Assembly (NCBI GenBank): GCA_036013055.1
Contig: DASCQM010000003.1
Location: 71,360-135,359 of the forward strand
Length of the DNA stretch: 64,000 nucleotides
Reading direction: 5' to 3'
Origin: Dehalococcoidia bacterium
Lineage (GTDB): Bacteria > Chloroflexota > Dehalococcoidia > UBA2979
Part shown: one piece after another, positions 56,380 through 64,000 of the stretch
Layout: every line of letters begins with the position of its first letter
Numbering within the stretch: position 1 is the first letter of the stretch
The notes under the pieces: model-generated
Databases searched by the model: none
The model's input: only the letters and a program-made list of their open reading frames with translations
Told to the model about the DNA's origin: nothing
Program-made: the position numbers and the translations under genes

Positions 56380-57648
56380 ATGACCGCGATCGCACAGTCA
56401 GAAGCCACCGCGAAAGCCGCGCTCGCCCGCGTCGCGAGCCGCCGCATGGGATCGACAACGACCGACCAGAAGAACGACGCGCTCCACCGCATCGCCGACG
56501 CGCTGACCGCGGAGTCGGATCGCATCCTCGCTGTCAACGAGCCTGAGGTGCAGCGCGGCCGCGACAAGGGACTGACCGACGCCTTCATCGACCGCATGGT
56601 GCTGACCCGCGAGCGCCTGGTCGGCATCGCCGAGGACACCCGCGAGATCGCGGCGCTCCCCGACCCGATCGGCGAGATGATCGAGATGTCGACGCGGCCC
56701 AACGGCCTGCAGATCGGCCGTACTCGCGTGCCACTCGGCGTGATCGGCGCGATCTACGAGTCGCGACCGAACGTCACGGTCGATATTGCCGCACTCTGCC
56801 TGAAGGCCGGCAACACCGTCGTGCTGCGCTCCGGAACGGACGCGCACGATAGCTCCGCCGTGCTCGCCGAGATCATCGCCCGCGAGGCCGAGGCGGCCGG
56901 GCTGCCGTCCGGCGTCGTGCAGTTCATCGACTCGACCGACCGCGCCGAGGTAGGCGCGATGCTGGCGGCGCAGGAATCGATCGACCTGATGGTGCCGCGC
57001 GGCGGTGCCGACCTGATCCGACGCGTGATCGACGAGGCGAAGATGCCTGTCGTCGCTGGCGGCATCGGCGTCTGCCACACCTACATCGACACTGAAGCCG
57101 ACCTCGAGATGGCGCGCGAGATCGCCGTCAACGCGAAGGTGAAGCGACCCTCCGTCTGCAACGCCATGGACACGCTGCTCGTGCATGCCGACGTGGCGGC
57201 GCGCTTCATCCCGGACGTTGCCCGCGCGATGCACGAGCACGGCGTCACGCTGCACACCGATGACCGCGCGGGAGCGCTGCTCGATGGTGGCGCGAGCGTT
57301 GCCGTCACGCCGGAGGACTACGACCGCGAGTGGCTCTCGCTCGACTGCTCGGTGCTGGTCGTCGACTCCGTCGATGAGGCACTGGCGCACATCGACATGC
57401 ACGGCAGCGGGCACTCGGAGGCGATCGTCACGGACTCGTACCCGACCGCGCAGCGCTTCCAACTGGAAGCCGACGCTGCGGCCGTCTTCGTCAACGCCTC
57501 GACCTACTTCCACGACGGCGCGCAGTTCGGGCTCGGCGCGGAGCTGGGCATCTCGACGCAGCGCATGCACGCACGCGGCCCAATCGGGCTGCGCGAGCTC
57601 ACGTCCTACAAGTGGCTGGTGCTCGGCTCCGGCCACACGCGCGACTAG
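56380..57648 (+). CDS. proA: gamma-glutamyl phosphate reductase
   Basis: ATG 56380 within track ORF 56305..57648. IYESRPNVT, CNAMDTLLVH (catalytic Cys), and GHSEAI motifs. Confidence 0.92.
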   Translation: MTAIAQSEATAKAALARVASRRMGSTTTDQKNDALHRIADALTAESDRILAVNEPEVQRGRDKGLTDAFIDRMVLTRERLVGIAEDTREIAALPDPIGEMIEMSTRPNGLQIGRTRVPLGVIGAIYESRPNVTVDIAALCLKAGNTVVLRSGTDAHDSSAVLAEIIAREAEAAGLPSGVVQFIDSTDRAEVGAMLAAQESIDLMVPRGGADLIRRVIDEAKMPVVAGGIGVCHTYIDTEADLEMAREIAVNAKVKRPSVCNAMDTLLVHADVAARFIPDVARAMHEHGVTLHTDDRAGALLDGGASVAVTPEDYDREWLSLDCSVLVVDSVDEALAHIDMHGSGHSEAIVTDSYPTAQRFQLEADAAAVFVNASTYFHDGAQFGLGAELGISTQRMHARGPIGLRELTSYKWLVLGSGHTRD

Positions 57649-57705
57649 CGCACACGCAACGACCCGACGCGACTACCCGAACCTAGCGACCAGCGGAGCG
57701 AGACC

Positions 57706-58047
57706 ATGCCCGGCGAATACCGATTCGAGCGCGAAGCGCGCACACCCTATTCCGAGTCCTACACGATCGAGGACGCCGACCACTCGCTCGGCCGCGTCGA
57801 CGTGCACTACACGAACTCCGTCGCCTACGCCACGCTCGCGATTCACGAGTCGCTCAGTGACGACGCGATCCAGGAGTTGATCGCGGAGATCGACGAGCAG
57901 CTCGTCACCTCCGCCGACCCGTACCGCGAGGACTTCATCGTCACCGTCTGGCGCGGCCAGGAGATCGGCACCTTCGCCGACGAGCCCGAGTTCGGCGAGG
58001 GTGAAGAGGGCGACACCGCCGAGGGGATCGCAGGCCTCAGCGGGTGA
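57706..58047 (+). CDS. hypothetical acidic protein
   Basis: 113-aa ORF with a 4-nt overlap with the HAD gene. No motif recognised. Confidence 0.5.
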   Translation: MPGEYRFEREARTPYSESYTIEDADHSLGRVDVHYTNSVAYATLAIHESLSDDAIQELIAEIDEQLVTSADPYREDFIVTVWRGQEIGTFADEPEFGEGEEGDTAEGIAGLSG

Positions 58048-58787
58048 GCTCGACCTCCGGCACGCTCCCGCCGGGCATCAGCGCCGTGATCTTTGACCTC
58101 GATGGCACGCTCGTCGACACGCAGGCCGTCTGGCGCCGGGCGTTTGCCGAGGTGCTCACTGTCGCCAGCGAGCGCTACCCGCAGCTCCGCGAGCTTGGAT
58201 CGCCGAAGCACGTGCATGACGATGTCTTCCAGCCGCTCGTGCTCGCCTGCGCGGTCGAACGAGGCGGGGAGTGGGACGACTCACTGCTACTCGAGGCGTT
58301 CCGCCGCTTCCTCGCGGAGCACGCCAGCACCGATGAGCCGCTGGCGAATGAGATGGACAGGCAATACGCCAGCAAGCGAGATGTCGGTTTCGAACTCTTC
58401 CCCGATACTCGCCCGACGCTCGATGCGCTGACCGGCCGATACCGGCTCGCGCTGATCACAAACGGTCGCGGGAGCAACCAGCGCTCACGGCTCGCGCCGC
58501 TCGGCATCGACGGCTACTTCCAGTCGATCGCCGTCTCCGGCGAACTCGGCATCCGTAAGCCCGACCCCGCGATCTTCAACCACGTGCTCAAGGCAATCGA
58601 CGTGCCCGCCGCATCCGCCGTCTACATCGGCGACAGCTACACGGCCGACGTCGGTGGCGCGAAGGGCGCGGGGCTGGCGGCGGTCTGGCTCAACCGCGAG
58701 GGTGCGGCGATGCCGTCGGACGGCCCGCAGCCGGACGCGACGCTCGCGACGCTCGACGAGCTACTACCGTTGCTGGGAGTGGGATAG
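58044..58787 (+). CDS. HAD-superfamily hydrolase
   Basis: VIFDLDGTLVDT (motif I), ITNG (motif II), K and GDSYTADVGGAKGAG (motifs III/IV). Confidence 0.85.
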   Translation: MSSTSGTLPPGISAVIFDLDGTLVDTQAVWRRAFAEVLTVASERYPQLRELGSPKHVHDDVFQPLVLACAVERGGEWDDSLLLEAFRRFLAEHASTDEPLANEMDRQYASKRDVGFELFPDTRPTLDALTGRYRLALITNGRGSNQRSRLAPLGIDGYFQSIAVSGELGIRKPDPAIFNHVLKAIDVPAASAVYIGDSYTADVGGAKGAGLAAVWLNREGAAMPSDGPQPDATLATLDELLPLLGVG

Positions 58788-58809
58788 GGCGGCCGACCGG
58801 ACGGCTGAG

Positions 58810-59760
58810 CTACGCCTTGCGCGCGACCGCGCGCTTCGTCGCCGTCACGATGTTCGGGACGGTCAGTCCCATGATCTCAAGCACTTCGCTCCAGGTGCCT
58901 GACTCGCCGTAGCGGTCTTCGACACCGACGAACTCCATCGGCACGGGCTGACGGGTCGCGAGCGTCTGCGCGGCCATCGCGCCGAGCCCCGAATGGGTGA
59001 GGTGCTCTTCCGCGACCACGATCGCGCCGGTCTCGCGAGCGGCAGCCTCAAGCGCGTCGACGTCGAGCGGCCGGATCGTCGCCATGTTCAGCACGCGGGC
59101 ATCGACGCCGTCGGCGGCCAGCAGCTCGGCGGCGGCGAGCGCGCGCTCGACGAGCATGCCGTAACTGATGATCGTCACGTCGCCACCGTCGCGCATCACG
59201 TTGGCCTTGCCCAGCTCAAAGCGCGGGCCGTCGGTGTAGAGGATCGGTGCCTTGGCACGCGCGGTGCGGATGTAGAACGGCCCCGGCGTGCGCGCCGCGA
59301 CCTCGACCGCAGCGGCGGCCTCGACGACGTCGGCAGGCACGATCACGCGGAAGTTGACCAGCGAGCCCATCACGGCGATGTCCTCGATCGACTGCGCCGA
59401 AGCACCGTCCTCGCCGGGCGAGACGCCCCCATGCGATGCGACGAACGTGACGTTCAAGTTCGGCTGCGCGACCGACATGCGGAGCTGGTCGAAGGCGTGC
59501 TCGGCGAAGACAGCGAAGGTGCTGACGAAGACGGAGTGGCCCATCGTCGCCATGCCCGCGGCGGCGGAGACCATGTTCTGCTCGGCGATGCCGAAGCTGA
59601 AGAAGCGGTCAGGGAACTGCTCGCGGAAGGCGCGCGCGGTGGTCGAGTTACCGAGGTCGGCGTCGCAGACCATGATGTCGAGCCCGCTCTGCTGGAGCGA
59701 GATCAGCGCCGGGCCAAGTGCTTCTCTGGTGGCGGCTGCGGCGAGCGGGGTGGCTGTCAT
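58810..59760 (-). CDS. transketolase, C-terminal (pyrimidine-binding) subunit
   Basis: FGIAEQNMV..AAG.A..G...F.STFA.F, and a C-terminal transketolase domain. Follows the N-terminal subunit gene after 5 nt. Confidence 0.9.
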   Translation of the reverse strand: MTATPLAAAATREALGPALISLQQSGLDIMVCDADLGNSTTARAFREQFPDRFFSFGIAEQNMVSAAAGMATMGHSVFVSTFAVFAEHAFDQLRMSVAQPNLNVTFVASHGGVSPGEDGASAQSIEDIAVMGSLVNFRVIVPADVVEAAAAVEVAARTPGPFYIRTARAKAPILYTDGPRFELGKANVMRDGGDVTIISYGMLVERALAAAELLAADGVDARVLNMATIRPLDVDALEAAARETGAIVVAEEHLTHSGLGAMAAQTLATRQPVPMEFVGVEDRYGESGTWSEVLEIMGLTVPNIVTATKRAVARKA

Positions 59761-59765
59761 TCGCG

Positions 59766-60614
59766 TCAGTCCTCGTCCGCCAGCTCGGCCATCGCCTGGG
59801 CGAACTGCTCATCGTCTGGTGGCGCGCCGTGGAACTTCGGGTTGCCCTCCATGAAGGAGACGCCCTTGCCCTTCACCGTGTCGAAAATGATGCAGGCCGG
59901 CGCGCCGCGCACGTCGCGTGCCCACGTCAGCGCCTCCTCGACCGCGCCGAGGTCGTGACCGTCGACGCCCGATCGAACCTCCCAGCCGAAGGATCGATAC
60001 TTCTCATCCAGTGGCTCGGTGCCCATCGTCGTCGCCGTAAAGTCATCGTTCTGGATGCCGTTGCGGTCGAGCAGCCCGACGAAACGATCGATGCCGTGGT
60101 GGGACGCTGCCATCGCCGCTTCCCAGATCTGACCCTCGTCCTGCTCACCGTCGCCCATCATCACGTAGACGCAGGAGTCGAGCCCCTGCAGACGCGCGGC
60201 GAGCCGGATACCGAGCCCGAACGAGAGCCCCATCCCCAACGAGCCGGCGGTGTTCTCGACGCCCGGCGGCTTGCCGAGCACGGAGTGGCCCTGCAGGCGG
60301 GTGCCGGAGCGTCGGAAGGTGTCCAACTCGTCGACCGGGAGGTAGCCGTGTTCGGCGAGCACGGCGTACTGCACCGGCGTGCAGTGACCCTTGCTCATGA
60401 TGAAACGGTCACGTTCCGGCCAATCGGGGCGAGCCGGGTCGTGCTTCAGTACATTTGCGTAGAGGATGGCGAGAATATCGGTCGCCGAGAGCGATCCGCC
60501 GATGTGGCCAGATTTCGCTCCGTAGACCATGTTGACAACATTGCGTCGAATTCGACGCGTAGCCGCCTTCAGTTCAGATTCGCTCTGGACGACCACAGGC
60601 GGTTCCCCAGCCAC
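59766..60614 (-). CDS. transketolase, N-terminal (TPP-binding) subunit
   Basis: SGHIGGSLS, RDRFI.SKGH, and GDGE..EG..WEA (TPP motif). GTG start. Confidence 0.9.
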   Translation of the reverse strand: MAGEPPVVVQSESELKAATRRIRRNVVNMVYGAKSGHIGGSLSATDILAILYANVLKHDPARPDWPERDRFIMSKGHCTPVQYAVLAEHGYLPVDELDTFRRSGTRLQGHSVLGKPPGVENTAGSLGMGLSFGLGIRLAARLQGLDSCVYVMMGDGEQDEGQIWEAAMAASHHGIDRFVGLLDRNGIQNDDFTATTMGTEPLDEKYRSFGWEVRSGVDGHDLGAVEEALTWARDVRGAPACIIFDTVKGKGVSFMEGNPKFHGAPPDDEQFAQAMAELADED

Positions 60615-60741
60615 TCACGGGGAGTGTCGATCGCTCGACGCAACCGAGTATACGAGCAGATTCGCGCCTCGGTCTACAATGGCAACGATTCTGAGTGGAG
60701 TTGCCGCGCCAGTACCTGCTATAGACGGCTTCTGGACGGCC

Positions 60742-60921
60742 CTAGACGCGAGCCGGTCGCCCAACCTCGCACTCCGAGTAGCCGCAGACCGGGCAGAGGC
60801 TGCAGCCCTCGCCGAATACGAGCGGACCGGCGCAGTCAGGGCAGCGCGGACCGGGTGCCGCCATGCGACGCAATCGACGTGCGGCCGTGGGAGGGGCGTT
60901 GGTGGGGCTGAGAGTTGTCAT
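60742..60921 (-). CDS. 59-aa zinc-ribbon protein (below ORF-track size cutoff)
   Basis: ATG 60921 with AGGTGA 4 nt upstream. Translation: MTTLSPTNAPPTAARRLRRMAAPGPRCPDCAGPLVFGEGCSLCPVCGYSECEVGRPARV. It contains CPDC...C..CP.CGYS.C and GC-rich third positions. The antisense track ORF 60529..60936 uses rare codons (ata, cta, gta, agt). Confidence 0.6.
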   Translation of the reverse strand: MTTLSPTNAPPTAARRLRRMAAPGPRCPDCAGPLVFGEGCSLCPVCGYSECEVGRPARV

Positions 60922-60933
60922 CTGATCACCTGC

Positions 60934-60949
60934 TAGGACATACGTTCTA
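60934..60949. promoter_or_regulatory. LexA-type box 2: TAGAAC-GTAT-GTCCTA (one core mismatch)
   Basis: Read on the minus strand, between the candidate -10 and the SD of the zinc-ribbon ORF. Confidence 0.5.
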
Positions 60950-60965
60950 TTGGTACGTCCTGCGC

Positions 60966-60995
60966 AGGCTAGTGTAGAACGTGCGTTCTAGTCAA
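60966..60995 (-). promoter_or_regulatory. candidate promoter TTGACT-18 nt-TAGCCT for the zinc-ribbon ORF
   Basis: On the minus strand, -35 at 60995-60990 and -10 at 60971-60966. The spacer is almost entirely box 1. Confidence 0.4.
60975..60990. promoter_or_regulatory. LexA-type box 1: perfect palindrome TAGAAC-GCAC-GTTCTA (GAAC-N4-GTTC core)
   Basis: Read directly. I scanned every GAAC in the window by eye, and these two are the only GAAC-N4-GT(T/C)C sites in intergenic DNA. Confidence 0.6.
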
Positions 60996-61039
60996 GTGCC
61001 GAGGGTATCCCGTCGGGAGCAGCTCTCTCCTCGGGGGTG

Positions 61040-61762
61040 CTAGGCAGTTGGCAGCGGCGCGGCGCGCGACGCTTCGGCGTTCTCCGCCGCCTGCTCGACG
61101 TTGCGCGCACCCGCGACGACCGCTGCGAGACGAGGCTCCGTGAGCGCCCAGGCGATCGCCGCCTGCGCCCGCGTGCGCGGCTCACCCTCGCAGAATGCGT
61201 CGAGCGCCACGCCCGCATCGCCGCCGATCAGCGCGCCTCCCGCGAGCGGCGAACAGCCGAGGACGGCAATTCCCGCCTCGGTGGCCGCATCGATCACGGC
61301 ACCCGGATCGTCGCCACCAAACGCGTAGGGCAGTTGCACGACGTCGATGCCGCCGCGCTCGACCGCCTCCAGCGCAGCCGCAGCGTCGGGGGCGGCCACG
61401 CCGATCACGTCGCAGAGACCGCTCGACCGCAGCGCCAGCAATGCATCGGCGGCAGCCGGCTGGAGCAGGTAGCCGTCGATGCGACCGACGCCGGGCTGCG
61501 CGGCGGCCGCTTCCAGCTCGGCAATGTCACCGTCGCCGGTCGCAACCAGCATCACGTGCAGCCGGCGCTGCGCAACGGCCTCACCGATCGCGGCCGCCAT
61601 CGCCGCGTCGGACGCGTCGAACTCGACGAGGCTCACGTCCGCGTCGAGCGCCGCTGTCACGGCAGCAACCGTGCCGTCATGGTCGGACGCATCGAGGGAT
61701 GCGGTCCCGAAGCCCACCTCGGCGACCATCAACTCCGTGCGTCCCAGCCTGCGGTAGTGCAA
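61040..61762 (-). CDS. aldo/keto reductase family protein (short)
   Basis: Y..LGRT.L.V.E.GFGT is the AKR N-terminus. A C-terminal conserved stretch (AQAAIAW.L) is present. At 240 aa it is shorter than typical AKRs. Confidence 0.75.
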   Translation of the reverse strand: MHYRRLGRTELMVAEVGFGTASLDASDHDGTVAAVTAALDADVSLVEFDASDAAMAAAIGEAVAQRRLHVMLVATGDGDIAELEAAAAQPGVGRIDGYLLQPAAADALLALRSSGLCDVIGVAAPDAAAALEAVERGGIDVVQLPYAFGGDDPGAVIDAATEAGIAVLGCSPLAGGALIGGDAGVALDAFCEGEPRTRAQAAIAWALTEPRLAAVVAGARNVEQAAENAEASRAAPLPTA

Positions 61763-61801
61763 TTCCGGCCTCTTCCCTCGTCGCTCCGCTAGGATGCTGC
61801 C

Positions 61802-61981
61802 ATGTCCGCGTTGCTACGTCTCTCCCTGATCGCCGGGGCACTGCTGATCGGGTACATGCTGCTGTACTCGCCCGGCCGGCTTCAGGCGCTCGGCCGCCGG
61901 CTGCGCATCGTCGGCTTCGCGTACGTCGCGGCGATCCTGATCGGTGCCGCGCTGCGTCTGCTCGGCTTTTACGGCACCTAG
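61802..61981 (+). CDS. 59-aa two-helix membrane protein (below ORF-track cutoff)
   Basis: ATG 61802 (AGGA 7 nt upstream). Translation: MSALLRLSLIAGALLIGYMLLYSPGRLQALGRRLRIVGFAYVAAILIGAALRLLGFYGT. Strong GC3 bias. Ends 13 nt before the glycerate kinase ATG. Confidence 0.5.
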   Translation: MSALLRLSLIAGALLIGYMLLYSPGRLQALGRRLRIVGFAYVAAILIGAALRLLGFYGT

Positions 61982-61994
61982 GCGCGGTCGATCC

Positions 61995-63104
61995 ATGCGC
62001 ATCCTCGTCTGCCCGCAAGAATTCAAGGGCTCGCTGACCGCGCCAGAGGCCGCCCGCGCCATCAGCGATGGCATCCGACGTGAGATGCCTGACGCCGAGA
62101 TCATCGAGGCACCGACGGCCGACGGCGGCCCCGGCACGGTCGCGCTCGTGCATGCCACGAGCGGAGGCGAACTGATCGACGGCCGCTGGCGGGGGCCGCT
62201 CGGCGAAGCCGTCGACGCCGCCTACGCGCTGCTGCCGGACGGCAGCGCCGTAATCGAGGCTGCGACCGTCGCGGGCCTCGTGCTCGTGCCCGAGGCCGAC
62301 CGCGATCCCGGCGTCGCGTCGACGTACGGCGTCGGCGAACAGATCGGCGACGCGCTGCGGCAGGGGGCACGTCACATCACCGTCGGTGTCGGGGGCACCG
62401 GGACGAACGACGGTGGGGCGGGGGCCGCGCAGGCGCTCGGCCTGCGGCTACTCGACGGCGACGGCAGCGAACTCGCGCCCGGCGGGCTGGCGCTCGGTCT
62501 ACTCGCGCGCATCGACGCCACCGACGCGAACCCCCTGCTCGCGGACGCTGAGCTACGCGTCGCCGTCGATGTCTCGAACCGGCTGCTCGGTCCGGAAGGC
62601 GCGACCGCGATCTACGGGCCACAGAAGGGCGTGACGCCGGAGCTGGTGCCACGACTGGAGGCCGCGCTGGCCCGCTGGGCGGATCGCTGTGCAGCCGATC
62701 TCGATGTCGATATCGCGACGATCGATGGCAGCGGCGCGGGCGGCGGGCTGCCGGCCGGGCTGATCGCGGCGGCGGGCGGCACGATCGCGAGCGGCGCGAC
62801 GATCGTCGGTCAGGCGATCGGGCTGCCGCAGCAGATCGCGGCAGCCGACCTCGTGGTCACCGGCGAGGGCCGGCTCGACGCGCAGACCGCCTACGGCAAG
62901 GCTGTCGCCTACGTCGCGGGATTGGCAGACGCATCGGACCGCCCATGCCTCGCCGTCGGCGGCACAATCGATGCCATCCCTCCACAGATCAGCGACGCCG
63001 AAGCGGCGGCACCCGACGGCATGCCTGTCGATCAGGCGATGGCACGAGCGGCGGAACTCGTCGCCGGCGCGGCGCGGCGGTTGATACAGCGACACGCGGT
63101 CTAA
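61995..63104 (+). CDS. glxK: glycerate kinase
   Basis: MRILVCPQEFKGSLTA.EAA.AI..G......D........ADGG.GT. Also GTGTNDGGAG and VTGEG.LD.QT..GK motifs. ATG 61995 within the track ORF. Confidence 0.88.
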   Translation: MRILVCPQEFKGSLTAPEAARAISDGIRREMPDAEIIEAPTADGGPGTVALVHATSGGELIDGRWRGPLGEAVDAAYALLPDGSAVIEAATVAGLVLVPEADRDPGVASTYGVGEQIGDALRQGARHITVGVGGTGTNDGGAGAAQALGLRLLDGDGSELAPGGLALGLLARIDATDANPLLADAELRVAVDVSNRLLGPEGATAIYGPQKGVTPELVPRLEAALARWADRCAADLDVDIATIDGSGAGGGLPAGLIAAAGGTIASGATIVGQAIGLPQQIAAADLVVTGEGRLDAQTAYGKAVAYVAGLADASDRPCLAVGGTIDAIPPQISDAEAAAPDGMPVDQAMARAAELVAGAARRLIQRHAV

Positions 63105-63162
63105 GCAGACGTGGCGTAGACTCGCCGCGCAGACCGTCCAGCGCCACGCGAAGGGAACAAAC

Positions 63163-63450
63163 ATGCCGCAGTACCTGGTGCTCTACCGCTTCACGGATCA
63201 GGGGCGCGCGCACATGAAGGACACCGTGCATCGCGCCTCCGAGTTCCGTGAACTGAACGAGACCGCCGGCTTCGAAGTGCTCGGCATGTGGTGGACGCAG
63301 GGCCAGTACGACCTGGTCGTCGCCGTCGATGCCCCGAGCGAGGAGTCGATGGTGAGCGGGCTCTTCAACATCGCGGAGGCGGGAAACGTGGTGAGCGAGA
63401 CGCTGCGCGCGTTCACGCCGGAGGAACTGCAGCGGATGATCGGGCCGTAG
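63163..63450 (+). CDS. GYD-domain protein
   Basis: MPQYLVLYRFTDQG.......V.R....REL.E..G.EV.GMWWTQGQYDLV is the GYD-family pattern. Confidence 0.8.
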   Translation: MPQYLVLYRFTDQGRAHMKDTVHRASEFRELNETAGFEVLGMWWTQGQYDLVVAVDAPSEESMVSGLFNIAEAGNVVSETLRAFTPEELQRMIGP

Positions 63451-63479
63451 CGCCTCCCCCCACGAGCAGGCACCGGCGG

Positions 63480-64000
63480 CTACGGGTCGATGTCGTGGTC
63501 GATCGGGATCCAGAGCTTGCGGTCCTCTTCCGACCGCCGCGTCAGCAGCACCGGCTCGCCCAGCACCACGCGCGGCCACAGCCCCTCGCCGCAGTCGACG
63601 GCGTCATCGCGATCCAGCTCCTCGTCGAGCGCCTCGTCGAGCACCTTCTCGATCGCGGTGTTGGTGCGGATCTGCCCGGCGAGCGTGCGCCCTTTGACGT
63701 CGGCAAGCCCTGCGAGGTCGATGTAGTGGCCGTCCTTGCCGCCGGCGCGTAGCCCGGCCGCGGCAAGCGCGCCGATCGTTCCGGCACGCTTGTTGCCGAG
63801 CGACCGCGAGCGCACGTTGCCCTCCGTCGCGAACGTCTCCTGATCGGCCAGCGTCATCACTTCCTGCTGGCAACGACGACCGAAAGCGAGCACGTGCGGC
63901 ATATCCGAGTGGCGCGAGAGCACCACGACACCCGCGTCCGAGCCGCGCTCCACGGCCTTGCGCACGAACGCGACGACGTAGTCCTCGACGTCGTCGAGTG
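63480..64000 (-). CDS. hypothetical protein, C-terminal part (gene continues past the right edge)
   Basis: The reading frame stays open from stop 63480 to the window end. The track M at 63965 is internal (...LDDVEDYVVAFVRKAVERGSDAGVVVLSRHS...). High GC3. Family not recognised. Confidence 0.55.
   Translation of the reverse strand, partial: LDDVEDYVVAFVRKAVERGSDAGVVVLSRHSDMPHVLAFGRRCQQEVMTLADQETFATEGNVRSRSLGNKRAGTIGALAAAGLRAGGKDGHYIDLAGLADVKGRTLAGQIRTNTAIEKVLDEALDEELDRDDAVDCGEGLWPRVVLGEPVLLTRRSEEDRKLWIPIDHDIDP

Noticed and set aside
60529-60936. 135-aa plus-strand ORF in the transketolase upstream spacer.
   Set aside because: It uses rare A/T-ending codons (ata, cta, gta, agt, gga) and has no SD. 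It is the antisense shadow of the better-supported 59-aa zinc-ribbon ORF.
60615-61039. Possible structured housekeeping RNA (RNase P RNA, SRP/4.5S RNA, tmRNA or 6S) in the 425-bp lower-GC spacer.
   Set aside because: I looked on both strands for GGAAAGUCCGG / ACAGAACCCGGCUUA (RNase P), GGUCCGGAAGGAAGCAGCC (SRP) and tRNA-like ends with a tag ORF (tmRNA). None were found. The region is explained by a small CDS plus its promoter and operators. 6S cannot be excluded by eye.

Overview
This is a dense, visibly high-GC bacterial chromosomal window (roughly two-thirds G+C by eye, not computed). It holds about 70 protein genes and one tRNA, almost all core housekeeping. Main blocks, left to right:
- the rpmH-rnpA-yidD-(beta-propeller lipoprotein)-yidC-jag-pfkB-parA-parB insertase/partition locus, with one parS-like site
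- ricT-holB-lysA
- groES-groEL behind a CIRCE operator
- tsaD, moaA-moaC-rdgB, and an archaeal-type FBP aldolase/phosphatase
- folC, fabF, scpB, rpsT, murJ
- a T-box-controlled ileS, then proB-proA
- a split transketolase and glycerate kinase

The regulatory grammar (CIRCE, GAAC-N4-GTTC boxes, T-box, short YidC, split Tkt, class V FBPase) fits a monoderm-type high-GC lineage such as Chloroflexota/Thermomicrobia or Actinomycetota. That placement is inference only.

I see no rRNA, CRISPR array, intact mobile element, prophage or recognisable defence island, and I cannot point to a multi-gene novel system. The most interesting signals are small and would be missed by a 60-aa ORF track:
1. An AhpE-like peroxiredoxin has TGA at its catalytic Cys codon, followed by a SECIS-like hairpin. 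It is a probable selenoprotein that ORF calling split.
2. A 59-aa zinc-ribbon ORF, absent from the track, sits behind a promoter overlapped by two tandem LexA-type GAAC-N4-GTTC boxes.
3. A conspicuously AT-rich 300-bp spacer carries a perfect 14-bp palindrome over a candidate promoter for a strongly SD-led 44-aa ORF with its own terminator.
4. yidC and jag share a 116-nt dual-coding overlap, and three RNA/ribosome-linked proteins carry Arg/Gly-rich tails.
5. An integrase remnant lies next to tRNA-Thr.
6. Two genes are interrupted by apparent single-base (-1) frameshifts.

All domain and family calls come from motif recognition by eye. No database search, HMM or RNA folding was run.
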